Source: Chrysomallon squamiferum
Lineage: Eukaryota > Animalia > Mollusca
Direction: 5' to 3'
Length of the DNA: 64,000 nucleotides
NCBI GenBank assembly: GCA_012295275.1
Contig: CM022665.1
Location: 31,806,001-31,870,000, forward strand
The first letter of the stretch is position 1; each line of letters begins with the position of its first letter. The notes beneath the pieces were generated by a model, which searched no databases, was not told the DNA's origin, and saw only the letters and a list, made by a program, of their open reading frames with translations. This document shows, one piece after another, positions 56,226 to 64,000 of this stretch. A program made the position numbers and the translations under genes.

Positions 56226-59200
56226 AGTTAGTAACAAACAGAAATCTTTATCCTCTTGGGGGGTTCAGCAATGAAACTGACAGGATATCTACTTGCCTCA
56301 TCATGACTGAAACCATGAATGCAGGAATGATATGTTATCTATCTTATAGGTATAAATATATCTGTCCATTGATACCATGCTTGCTTCTTCTCCTCTACAA
56401 ATCTGTTGGGGTTCTAAAAACTTCACACCCAAATTGTAGACTTGCTGATGGTTATTTGTATTTTTTATCCAAACTTTAATTTTAATATAAAAGAAATACT
56501 AGATTTTGTAGAGAACATCTTTTAGAATGGGTATCCAGAAAGAATGTAAATACCTTTTCACAAGCACCTGTTGAAAAGAAAGGTTTAAAACTGGCCACAC
56601 TAAAGTTTTCTGAGTGTAAACTAATAAGAGCTCAGATGTACAGCTAGTTGTTAATTATAGAAACTTTTGTCTTGAACCAGCCAGTTCAAATTATTTCACA
56701 TAATAATAGACCATTGGCAAGAGTCCACTGTTGAAAAAAAAGTTGAGATTCCACATGTGAGAATGGTAACAGTTTACTTTTTTAATATTCTCTGGAATGC
56801 AATAATGAAAACACAGACACACTCATTCTGCTACTGGAAGCCTGCTGTTGTTGCTTTTCCTGGTGCTGGGACAATTCTTGTAATAGTATACAAAAATTAG
56901 TTAGAGATGCTGCAGCCAGAAGTCAAACTTGACATACACAAGGTCTCTGAAACAGCCCATATCCATAAATACATTGCTGAGTGTCCCCAAGGTATCATCA
57001 CAATGGTTTTTCAATTAAGTCAAGATGGTTACTCTACAATGTTTATCCTCATGAATATTGGAAGAGTTTATTTACTAAGCTTAATTTCCTCTGTTTAAAA
57101 AAATATATAAAAAAAAAATTAGAAATTGCCCAGAAATTCCAAGGTCTACAGATTGTACCTGTACATACTGATATGCATTCTAATAGGTAGTTTAGCCATG
57201 ACTTGAACAAGTTCACAGTAAAAGCAATAAAGCAGAGAAGTGTTAGGTGCCAAGCTGGACAAGGTATAGAAATTCCAGCTGTCTTCAGTCTGCCCCCAAG
57301 CCCTCCCACTTCAAACTTTAGGAATTCTTCCGTGAAAAATTGTTGAGTTTAGAACCAAGGATGAACACTTGTGACCATACAAAAGTGGGGCTATTTTTTA
57401 ATAATTAAATGTCTAGACTTAAGATAATCACCCAAAAATTATATCCTAAGGCTTAAAGCAATTTTGCTGATAAATTTGTAAAAATATTTGAGTTACCATT
57501 ACTGATTTTGATATAATTTTACCATCACATAAAATAAATCAATAATAGGACTAAATTATTTTTCCTGAAAAAATAAAGACTCCAAACAAAGACCACAAAT
57601 AGAACTATCTATGTGTTTCAGTTTTTCGTAAAAACTATTATTATAGTGTCATTAAATCACCATTTATTAATGGTCCTTATATCAACTAAAACAAATTATT
57701 TTCTAACAAATATGTCAATATAAAATACATTCATTAGTATCTGATTGTTTCCCTGTATATGCAAATCCATCTAAAGTATGAAAAAATACCTGCACTTTTA
57801 TTAACAACAAGATTATCACCTTTCCTAAACAACTAATTAGATTAATTTGAACTAAACAAAGAGAAGATTCTGTAATTGTTTTGGTAACAAAAACATTAAT
57901 ACATTATTTTTTATGGAGATTTTAAACTTTAAATTGCATTCAATAATTTATATTAATTTGAAAAAAGCCATGAAAAGTCTATTTATATTGTTAGTGTGAA
58001 ATCAGATTACATTCTTTTTTATTATAAAGAAGATAAATCAACTTATTACCAGTGAAGAAAACAAAAATTAACATTTCTACATATTACAAATTATTATAAT
58101 TAATGAATTTGTTTTAAAAGAATATTAAGTTGTGATTTCTTTCATTAAATCTAATCGGACACACTTGTGAGATGGCTGCTATTATGATGCCTTATTTGTG
58201 ATATTCCTATAACCATGGAAGTGCTTGCTAATATTCTCTACACAACCAACAAATAATAATCTGCAGCACTTGGTTGGGTGCAGACATTTCTGTCCAGGAT
58301 GTTTGTAAACTCAGGAAAAAGAAGCCTACATTTTTGTGATAACAAGATTGCTTGAACTCAAATCCACTTGGAAATCAATGTTTTTCTCTCCTAAAAATGA
58401 TAATTATGAAGAAAAGAGAGAAGCTGACTTGATGTGAAGAATTTAGTAATTGGTAAAACTGCATTTCTGTGGCTACTTTTAGATGTTTTCAGAATAGTTT
58501 GCTTATCAGGATGATACTGAAACTGGTGGAAAAGCAGATATTTTAGAGAAAAGATTTCCTTTTTGTCTTCTGTGAAAGAAAATACTGATTTCAAGCAGTA
58601 AAAAGTAGAAATTTGGACAAAATATTATTTTTAAATGTTATTAAAAACAAACAGGATAGATACTTTTTATTTTTCTCTTTCTCAAATGGACACATATTTA
58701 CATGTGTGCATGTATGTGCCAAAGACAAGACAGAAAGACTAGAGTTAAAGAGAAGCATAAACACACTAACAATTTTTACTTCTTAACTAATACCCACTCT
58801 CTGCATCATAATTAAGGAACAACAACAACATGACTTAAATCAAAACATAAAAATCACTAAACAACTTGTGGATTATTATTTGCATAATTCAATACATATC
58901 TGCAAGAAATCTAATCTAGCCTGTCAAATATTGCATCAACCTATCATTTATTTCTTCTCCATGGTATTTCAGACTCCATCATGTAAACTGTATATAAAGA
59001 CTGGCTGCTCTATAAAAAACTACAAAGCTGAAACTACAGATACATTATCTGACTGACTGCCTTCAAAGAGCAGCCTCACCAGGAAGGGTCCATGTTTTGT
59101 CAACAAGACTTTTAAAGATAAAAGCCAGAAGAACATCACTATCAAAATAAAAACAATTGGTAGACTTATTTAAACTGTGTCTATTTAAATGATCTGATAA

Positions 59201-62200
59201 ACTCAACACATCAAGCCATGTATTTTCCAGGAAAGGTAAACACTTTTGCAGATTTCTAAAGATTTTGGCTCTGTGAGATCAGGAATACAAACATGGAAAA
59301 TGTGAGCATCAGTGATTGCTGTTAACTTCTAAAAAGCAATGTTTGTCAGAGTTTGTTCAAGTATAACCTTGTGGCATATATAAACTAGAGTTAAAAATTC
59401 AGGTTTAAATACATGAATGGATGTATAATCATTCAATAAGATCTTGTCATTTAATATTAATGGTTGTTATGTTTTAAGCCTAATTTATTTTAATTGGTGA
59501 ATTTAGTTAAATGTTAACCTGATTCTGACATACTATGGGCAAAGAATATTCAGTAACCACCTTCAGCATGCAGGGAATACATATGCTATACATATAGCTT
59601 TACCATACTACTGACTGCTATGGGCCATTTTTAGAAATATACTGCTGGCATATTTTTATATAACTGGTCTGAAGCTGTGAAACTCATTATTAAATGGCTT
59701 TTGTAGGACTTTTAATTACAGACATAAGACATTAAAATTTACAAATATGGAGATTCCAATGACACACAGTAAAAGTTCACTCAACTTTTTTTTATAAATT
59801 ACTGTTCCATTTGAATGTAATAAACAATCTCTGAATATTTCTGTATCACATGGTAAGGGTACTGTATGAAAACACTTGTTTTCACACACAGTAAAATACA
59901 GTTAAAGAAACAAATTTCACTTTCTTTCCCCAGCATGCTTAATGTTGGTGATCCTGGAGGTAATCAGACCACCCCATGGCATACACAATAAAAATGCAAA
60001 GCAATTATGTATGTAAATCTGTTTGTCATGCACTGTTTTGCCTTGGTCCCATAAAGCATCTGAAGAACCAAACACACATGCATGATTCACATGCATTTAG
60101 TCTTCCACTCTTCTTCTCTCCTCTTACACACAGAATTCACATACATATTGCAAGAAAAGCTATTGTGTGTGTAGTGAGTGAGACTCTGTATTTTTGTATT
60201 CATTTGTGTTTAAAACTGATCTTCACAAACAATGGCTAAATATCACTTTAAATAATAATTGTGTTATTTGATTAGAAGATTGAAAATCAATAGTTAAAAT
60301 ATAATTATTGATCATTTATTATTGCTAATTGAAATGTTGAAATGTGTCTGGGATAAATTTAGTCAAAAAAACAACAACAAAAAACAAAAAAAAACATTTT
60401 CGAGTTTGAGATATCTTAACAAATAATTCAGATACCATAAATGAAATTTCAGAATACTTTTATATTAATCAAGCCATTTTTTAAAAATGTGCTGTGATTC
60501 ATTTTAATTTTAAATTATTTTGCCAATATTAATGACACCAAATTAATTATTCTCATCCTTTTTTTTTCTCAAAAGTGATATATTACTTTTAAATTCTAAA
60601 GAAAATTATCTAAATACTAAACAATCATTTTATAGGAATATATATTCCAAAATGTTAATTAAAAAAAAGAAAAGAAAAAAAAAAGAAACTTGTCTTCAGT
60701 CAAATTAAATGTGCATAAATATTCTGAAATAATGATGCAAAGGAATCCAGCCTTTGTTTGAGACAATCACTGTGTTGTTGTTGTTGTTGTTGTTATGTGG
60801 AGAAAGAAAATGAAATGATGACTGAACAAAAGAAACAGAACCAACAACAGACTATCCGAATGTTAGTTTTAAATTTTTTGTGTTAAAACAAAATAAAACT
60901 TACGTTTGTTTTGAGTTGAGTTGATAAGGTTAACACCTTGTCATTCGCAGTTTCTAGATCACGGCGTAATTTTCGAACCTTACAGAACGAAAAAAAAATA
61001 AAATAAAATAAAAAATAAAAAATAAAAATAATAAATGACAGAATTTGTCTTATAACTAATTCTCTTCTTTCCTTTTTAATTATAAATTAAACCAAATGTT
61101 TTAAAATTTTCATTATTTTTGAAAAATCTTAAATGAAACCAAAGATGGTTTTTTTTTTTTTTTAATAAAAAAATTAAATAAATGAAAATAAATTTTGGCT
61201 ATATAATTGTTGATACTGTTTTCATATGTAATATAACATTTATATTACATAATTTCTTTTTTTCTGAGGTAACTGGAAGGAAACACAGAAACAAACAAAA
61301 GGATGAAGGATGAAAAAGATGATTTTTAAATGAGTTTTTGTGTTTGTGCTGGTACTGAGTGCAATAAAAGCCACAACACAACACAACACAAGAACTTACC
61401 TCATTACTCTGTTTATCTTCAGCCTGTGAAATAAATAAATAAGTAATAATGAGTAGTAGTAAAATAAAATAATAACAATAAATATAACCATAATAATAAT
61501 AATAACAACACACACACACACACAGATACAGATAGATATAGAGATACTTATAAAATATTCTAAATTTTATCCAAAATGATTTTTGTGTGTCAAAGTATAT
61601 ATATAATTATATAATGATATATATTTAGGTGTGTGTGTTTTTATTTATACGGGTCTTTGTTAAAACGCACAAGCAATTCTCCTGATATTTCACTTGTTTA
61701 TAATTAATCAGAAGTAATTACCCAACAAGTAAAAATAAACATTAAAATATCTGACAAAAATGAACTTGTAAAGTAATTATAAATGTTTGAAATAGTTAAT
61801 AAGAAAGCTAAAAATACTTACAGATGAGAAGCAGGAAGATGAGGTAGATACAAGAGACAAATTTGAACCATGAACTGAAAATTATTAAAACAAATATAAA
61901 AATATATATAAAAAAACAACATTGAAAATAATGTATTGTTAAGTTATCTGGCATTAAAAGAAAACAAATAGACAACTTCACAAAACAGATTCAGTGTTAA
62001 GAAAACTCAAGAACTGGGAAAAATTATGTAAGGGAAACAACTCTAAATATATACTGAAAATGCAAGCTAGTATTTCAGACTTATTCATTTTGGTTTTTTT
62101 ATTAACTATGCCTATATTTTTATTACTATTTTTTTAACATTAATTTATTCATTTTGTTGATGCTGATATTGATGTTTGTCTTAAAATTACATTATACTAT

Positions 62201-63337
62201 TATAATCAAATGTAATTTATCATTACTTGTGAAAATATTGTAATCAATAAAGGATTCTGTCACATTTTTAAAGATCTCAACAAATAAACACATAATTACA
62301 CAATACACAATTACATATAATGATGAAACAACACACATGAACAAACACAAACATGACACATCTCTTTAAACTAAAGATAAAATATAAAATAACTTGCATC
62401 AGTAATACTGATAGCATAATATTAACTAATCATATATATGGTTTACAGTGTTGATAAACAAATTTATATTACATATTAAATTATTGAAACAATTTTGCTA
62501 TATCAGTTATCAGATTCTGGTTTTGTCTGATTTCTTTTATTATTATTAATTATTATTATTACTACTACTACTACCATTTATTTATGATCATCAGTATGTT
62601 TATTTAAATATTACACTTATAAAAATTGTAATTAATTAAAATTTCCATTTTCAATAAACTGCACATGAAAATAATTTTACAGGAATTACCTAATAATAAA
62701 TATTTATTTATTTATTAATAAAGTTCATTATATAACAAATAAAAGCAAAATAGTTTGATGACATTGACTGAAATGATGGCTGCTTATAATGGACATTTGA
62801 ATACTGCATTTCAAAAGTTATTAAATAATTATTCTATGAACGTGAATGTCAAATGAAGGTACAGAAAATGAAAATATTTATGATTTGATTATTTTCATTA
62901 CCACCCATATTACCATTTTTAGTTTAACATTAGCATCAGCAATCAGCATTATTATTATTAAAATTAAATATAAATCACATAATATTATTATTAATATTAT
63001 TACTGCTATTGCTGTAATTATTATTAGATCAATTTATTTTAATCATGTTACCTAATTAACAGCAATATAGTTAATATTATTATTATTATTATTATAGCCT
63101 TGTTATTATTTGAGAAAAATAAGTTTTTTTATCATCTTAACTATTTAACAGTAATATATATGATGACATTATTATTATAACTTATTAACTATTACTATTA
63201 TTGATTAAGAATGGTAAAATCAAATTCACCTTACCTACAGAAGGGTAAATGATACACATATTTCATTACAAAATGTAACTTACCATAAGCATAATCACTT
63301 AGATATGCATAATCCAATGTTGAAGATTTAGTTAGAC
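342..63337 (-). CDS. NAV2: Neuron navigator (NAV2/unc-53/sickie family) gene, partial: 19 spliced coding exons, about 800 aa of the C-terminal part (coiled coils + AAA+ domain); both ends lie outside the window
   Basis: Exons joined by hand give one continuous frame with family-typical motifs: [131 protein letters not shown]. All introns are GT-AG with matching phases. The symbol is given by family resemblance; invertebrates usually have a single NAV gene. Confidence 0.96.
889..1007 (-). CDS. NAV2: NAV exon, 119 nt, phase 1-0 ([40 protein letters not shown])
   Basis: ttttcag|GT acceptor; CAG|gtgagt donor; highly conserved NAV sequence, too short for the ORF track. Confidence 0.96.
1320..1516 (-). 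CDS. NAV2: NAV exon, 197 nt, phase 2-1 ([22 protein letters not shown]...SSSDVTI)
   Basis: ttccag|A acceptor; TTG|gtgaga donor; overlaps ORF 1255..1512. Confidence 0.96.
1521..1578. repeat. (AAT)14 then (AAC)n microsatellite abutting a splice acceptor
   Basis: Read directly from the sequence. Confidence 0.95.
2006..2090. repeat. (TG)n microsatellite
   Basis: Read directly from the sequence. Confidence 0.97.
2185..2472 (-). CDS. NAV2: NAV exon, 288 nt, phase 2-2; Walker B-like VIILDNLHH and sensor region IIGTMNQ
   Basis: ttacag|G acceptor; CAG|gtaagt donor; overlaps ORF 2181..2444. Confidence 0.96.
2919..2987. mobile_element. 69-bp Tc1/mariner (pogo/Tigger-like) MITE remnant
   Basis: Terminal inverted repeats CAGTGAAACTCCTCAAAAC / CAGTGAAACCCTTCAAAAC (17/19 match), TA on both flanks as target-site duplication. 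Confidence 0.75.
3107..3278 (-). CDS. NAV2: NAV exon, 172 nt, phase 1-2; Walker A GPSGTGKT
   Basis: tttttcag|GA acceptor; TAG|gtgtgt donor; overlaps ORF 3064..3252. Confidence 0.96.
3744..3818 (-). CDS. NAV2: NAV exon, 75 nt, phase 1-1 ([25 protein letters not shown])
   Basis: tttcag|AA acceptor; AAG|gtacac donor; conserved PELLP.GYLVG motif. Confidence 0.94.
3976..4069 (-). CDS. NAV2: NAV exon, 94 nt, phase 0-1 ([31 protein letters not shown])
   Basis: tttcag|GAA acceptor; AAG|gtgagc donor; VDP...LGLS motif. Confidence 0.94.
4559..4648 (-). CDS. NAV2: NAV exon, 90 nt, phase 0-0 ([30 protein letters not shown])
   Basis: ttttag|AAA acceptor; AAG|gtaatt donor; [10 protein letters not shown] motif. 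Confidence 0.94.
4844..4947 (-). CDS. NAV2: NAV exon, 104 nt, phase 1-0 ([24 protein letters not shown]...GLE)
   Basis: ctttcag|AC acceptor; GAG|gtatgt donor; phases fit both neighbours. Confidence 0.92.
5385..5553 (-). CDS. NAV2: NAV exon, 169 nt, phase 0-1 ([19 protein letters not shown]...TDQNSL)
   Basis: ttttcag|AAT acceptor; TTG|gtaaat donor; end of coiled coil plus Ser-rich linker. Confidence 0.93.
5630..5673. repeat. (TG)n microsatellite
   Basis: Read directly from the sequence. Confidence 0.97.
5943..6087 (-). CDS. NAV2: NAV exon, 145 nt, phase 2-0; coiled coil [37 protein letters not shown]
   Basis: tttcag|G acceptor; AAG|gtaaat donor; signature NAV motif. Confidence 0.96.
6101..6378. 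repeat. Degenerate irregular repeat (TTACAGTCTGAAA..AGC..ATTAAAGTAAATA)
   Basis: Motif recurs at about 6101, 6175, 6231, 6320 and 6339. Confidence 0.6.
7402..7460. repeat. (TGA)n-type imperfect microsatellite
   Basis: Read directly from the sequence. Confidence 0.9.
8016..8185 (-). CDS. NAV2: NAV exon, 170 nt, phase 0-2 ([23 protein letters not shown]...SAPNSPLL...SSGA)
   Basis: ccacag|TTA acceptor; AGC|gtaagt donor. Confidence 0.95.
8191..8314. repeat. Compound (AAT)/(GAT)/(ACT)/(AAT) microsatellite filling most of a 181-nt intron
   Basis: Read directly from the sequence. Confidence 0.95.
8367..8524 (-). CDS. NAV2: NAV exon, 158 nt, phase 1-0 ([27 protein letters not shown]...KDKKKGW)
   Basis: ttaccag|GG acceptor; TGG|gttagt donor; RQ.SSDS.SSINS and KKKGW motifs. 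Confidence 0.94.
8835..8955 (-). CDS. NAV2: NAV exon, 121 nt, phase 0-1 ([19 protein letters not shown]...RRHTSP)
   Basis: ttatag|GAC acceptor; CAG|gtatgt donor. Confidence 0.93.
11820..12170. repeat. Degenerate repeat, period about 155 bp (AAGTAAT.AAAACTGAA.AT.AAG.CAGTTT)
   Basis: Copies near 11823, 11981 and 12134. Confidence 0.55.
14508..14591 (-). CDS. NAV2: NAV exon, 84 nt, phase 0-0 ([28 protein letters not shown])
   Basis: tttccag|GCT acceptor; AAG|gtaaga donor; highly conserved NAV coiled-coil peptide. Confidence 0.96.
14993..15032. repeat. (AC)n microsatellite
   Basis: Read directly from the sequence. Confidence 0.97.
15385..15585 (+). mobile_element. Degraded partial copy of the same SINE family
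   Basis: tttctcattccaacc...aaaggttatagtatgtgctatcc...gcaaataaaatatcccttgctgctaat aligns by eye to 41575-41675. Confidence 0.65.
17400..17662. repeat. Degenerate (CAT/TAT/CAC)n low-complexity tract
   Basis: Read directly from the sequence. Confidence 0.8.
17836..17935 (+). mobile_element. SINE 5' fragment
   Basis: ggatcaatcctccttggtggtcccactgagttattttccattcca matches the head of the 41489 element. Confidence 0.5.
19920..20075. repeat. 43-bp tandem repeat, about 3.5 copies
   Basis: AAATATCCATTA at 19922, 19965, 20008, 20053. Confidence 0.85.
25300..25608. repeat. Two adjacent local duplications
   Basis: TTCACACATT...AACCTTACATTCTACAATT occurs twice about 92 bp apart; ATTAATTTTCTCTTAT.TTCA.CTAAT occurs twice. 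Confidence 0.7.
26614..26737. repeat. Tandem duplication of about 55 bp (period 69)
   Basis: TGTTATGAAAAA..CAAAAGATAAAATGG.CA.ATTTCA..ACAATGTT.AAA occurs twice. Confidence 0.8.
27941..28116. repeat. (CA)n microsatellite with degenerate CA/TA tail
   Basis: Read directly from the sequence. Confidence 0.92.
29482..29550 (-). CDS. Candidate alternative first coding exon of a short NAV isoform ([23 protein letters not shown]), phase 0
   Basis: Start context aacaaaATG with in-frame TAA four codons upstream; 23 open codons; donor TTG|gtttgt in the phase needed to join exon 14508-14591. No homology or transcript evidence. Confidence 0.45.
35741..35860. repeat. Compound (GCA/GAA)(GTA)n(AAT)n microsatellite
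   Basis: Read directly from the sequence; source of the poly-I and poly-L ORFs. Confidence 0.93.
39425..39490 (+). mobile_element. SINE 5' fragment, highly diverged
   Basis: aggatcaacactcctcagtggtaaaccaagctattttcttg resembles 17838-17880. Confidence 0.4.
39868..40103. repeat. Degenerate 39-bp tandem repeat, about 6 copies
   Basis: GATAAA anchor at 39938, 39977, 40016, 40058, 40097, most followed by cct..g.a.gtttctg.aatg. Confidence 0.8.
41489..41806 (+). mobile_element. Degraded, near full-length SINE-like element (about 320 bp)
   Basis: Shares collinear blocks with other copies in the window (gatcaatcc; tttcattc; ctggt; gatatgt; ataaaagatctcttgctgctaa) and ends in ttaaataaaa..ttccttccttc. 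Resemblance to a gastropod tRNA-derived SINE is from memory. Confidence 0.7.
43155..43660. repeat. Minisatellite: five near-identical 31-bp units (43426-43580) inside degenerate units of about 27-29 bp
   Basis: TTGGAGAAGTCTTAAATAGTTTTGAACCATA x5 with one substitution; flanking units keep the GGAGAAGTCTTAAA core. Confidence 0.92.
47930..48055 (+). mobile_element. SINE 5' fragment, highly diverged
   Basis: ctcagtggttag (A-box-like)...gatcaatcctc...ccattcagcc...acttgtttatcaaa, same block order as the other copies. Confidence 0.4.
49160..49640. repeat. Old degenerate tandem array, unit about 35-36 bp
   Basis: AGTTA anchor at 49312, 49348, 49383; recurring GCCAA.ATGATGATAAA. Confidence 0.65.
55180..55952. 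repeat. Old degenerate 36-bp tandem array
   Basis: TTACTTGCCT.A.TGTTGTCATAAT at 55891 and 55927; TATGAATACTGATATTAATTACTT at 55677 and 55821 (144 bp = 4x36 apart). Confidence 0.75.
60904..60978 (-). CDS. NAV2: NAV exon, 75 nt, phase 0-0 ([25 protein letters not shown])
   Basis: Acceptor ttcgttctgtaag|GTT (AAG type); donor AAC|gtaagt; RKLRR.L motif that precedes AHVVAAFEQ in NAV proteins. Confidence 0.93.
61400..61423 (-). CDS. NAV2: NAV microexon, 24 nt, phase 0-0 (AEDKQSNE)
   Basis: tttcacag|GCT acceptor; GAG|gtaagt donor; fills the AEEK..SE-like gap between flanking conserved motifs. Confidence 0.88.
61822..61874 (-). CDS. NAV2: NAV exon, 53 nt, phase 1-0 ([17 protein letters not shown])
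   Basis: ttttcag|TT acceptor; TCT|gtaagt donor; HGS.LSL.S motif of NAV proteins. Confidence 0.92.
63284..63337 (-). CDS. NAV2: Probable NAV exon, 54 nt, symmetric phase 1-1 ([17 protein letters not shown]), possibly a cassette
   Basis: Acceptor gtcttgcatttgccacag|GT; donor ATG|gtaagt; open in the phase required by the next exon. No recognised homology. Confidence 0.7.
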
Positions 63338-64000
63338 CTGTGGCAAATGCAAGACAGTTTTTAGATTACATATTTACTAACATGTAACAAACTACACACA
63401 CCACCAACAACATTTATATTATATACAGTTTCATACAAAACACATTTACAGTATAACATAAACAAATACACAAACACACTGAATATGTATCCTATGCCTG
63501 TATATTATGTATTTATTTCAAAAAGGAATTGCAGTATAAATAATTTATATAAATTTGTTGTGATAATTTTATCTTTATTTTCAAAATGTGGTTAATCCCT
63601 TTTTTCAAATATGCAGCTTTTGTTGTTGTTTAATATATTTTGATTTTTTTTCTGTTCATAATGATATTAATGTTTTATTGTTGTTAAAAAAAATATATTG
63701 TTTAATACAGATAAAAGAATAAGATATATTACTATGTTTTAAAAACTAATCAAGAAATTTTATAGTTTATTTTATATTCCAAAAAGTAATAAAAACACCC
63801 AGTATTATACAATAATGTAAAAACTGAAGGTGCATTTACAAAGTGTAACTTTTATTTTTAGTAAAAATGTATAAAGCACTCATGTCTGACTGGTCCAGAG
63901 CTTATGGTTTAGTATTTAAGCATTCTTACACCTTGTAAATGCACCTTAATATGTGTTAGAGCATTCCAAGAGATTAGTAAAACAGCACATGAAGCTATGA

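Larger units (their letters stand above)
14592..60903 (-). other. 46,312-nt phase-0 intron of the NAV gene
   Basis: Flanked by exons encoding contiguous NAV peptide (..STQLKTN|AHVVAAFEQ..); begins gtaagt, ends ttccag. Confidence 0.88.

Noticed and set aside
55931-56479. Longest ORF in the track (182 aa, plus strand)
   Set aside because: Non-ATG start, runs through a poly-A and an (AT)n tract, no recognisable domain; chance ORF.
59074-59100. aaaacATG GAC CCT TCC TG|gtgagg candidate first exon; also the donors at 19080 and 43080
   Set aside because: Wrong phase for the phase-0 acceptor at 14591, or stop-containing.
62684-63060. Additional TAG|GTAA motifs (62690, 63051; also near 51308 and 12383)
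   Set aside because: They lack good branch points or tracts, or lie in short introns; they show the chance rate of this motif.

Overview
Very AT-rich, strongly CpG-depleted animal genomic DNA, probably molluscan. A degraded SINE resembles, from memory and unverified, a repeat of peltospirid vent snails. The window lies entirely inside one minus-strand gene, a neuron navigator (NAV2/unc-53/sickie family) AAA+ ATPase gene. I traced 19 coding exons by hand (63337 down to 342, 2402 nt, about 800 codons). All have GT-AG boundaries and consistent phases. They run from the HGSNLSL/coiled-coil region through the Walker A (GPSGTGKT) AAA domain to ..EADPL. The 5' exons and the terminal exon lie outside the window. 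A 46.3-kb intron (14592-60903) fills most of the window. It contains a good candidate alternative first exon ([23 protein letters not shown], 29482-29550), candidate recursive AG|GT splice points, old SINE copies, minisatellites and microsatellites. Nearly all other ORF-track entries are low-complexity noise. I found no prokaryote-type system and no CRISPR array. The most promising unexplained biology is the isoform and splicing architecture of this gene.
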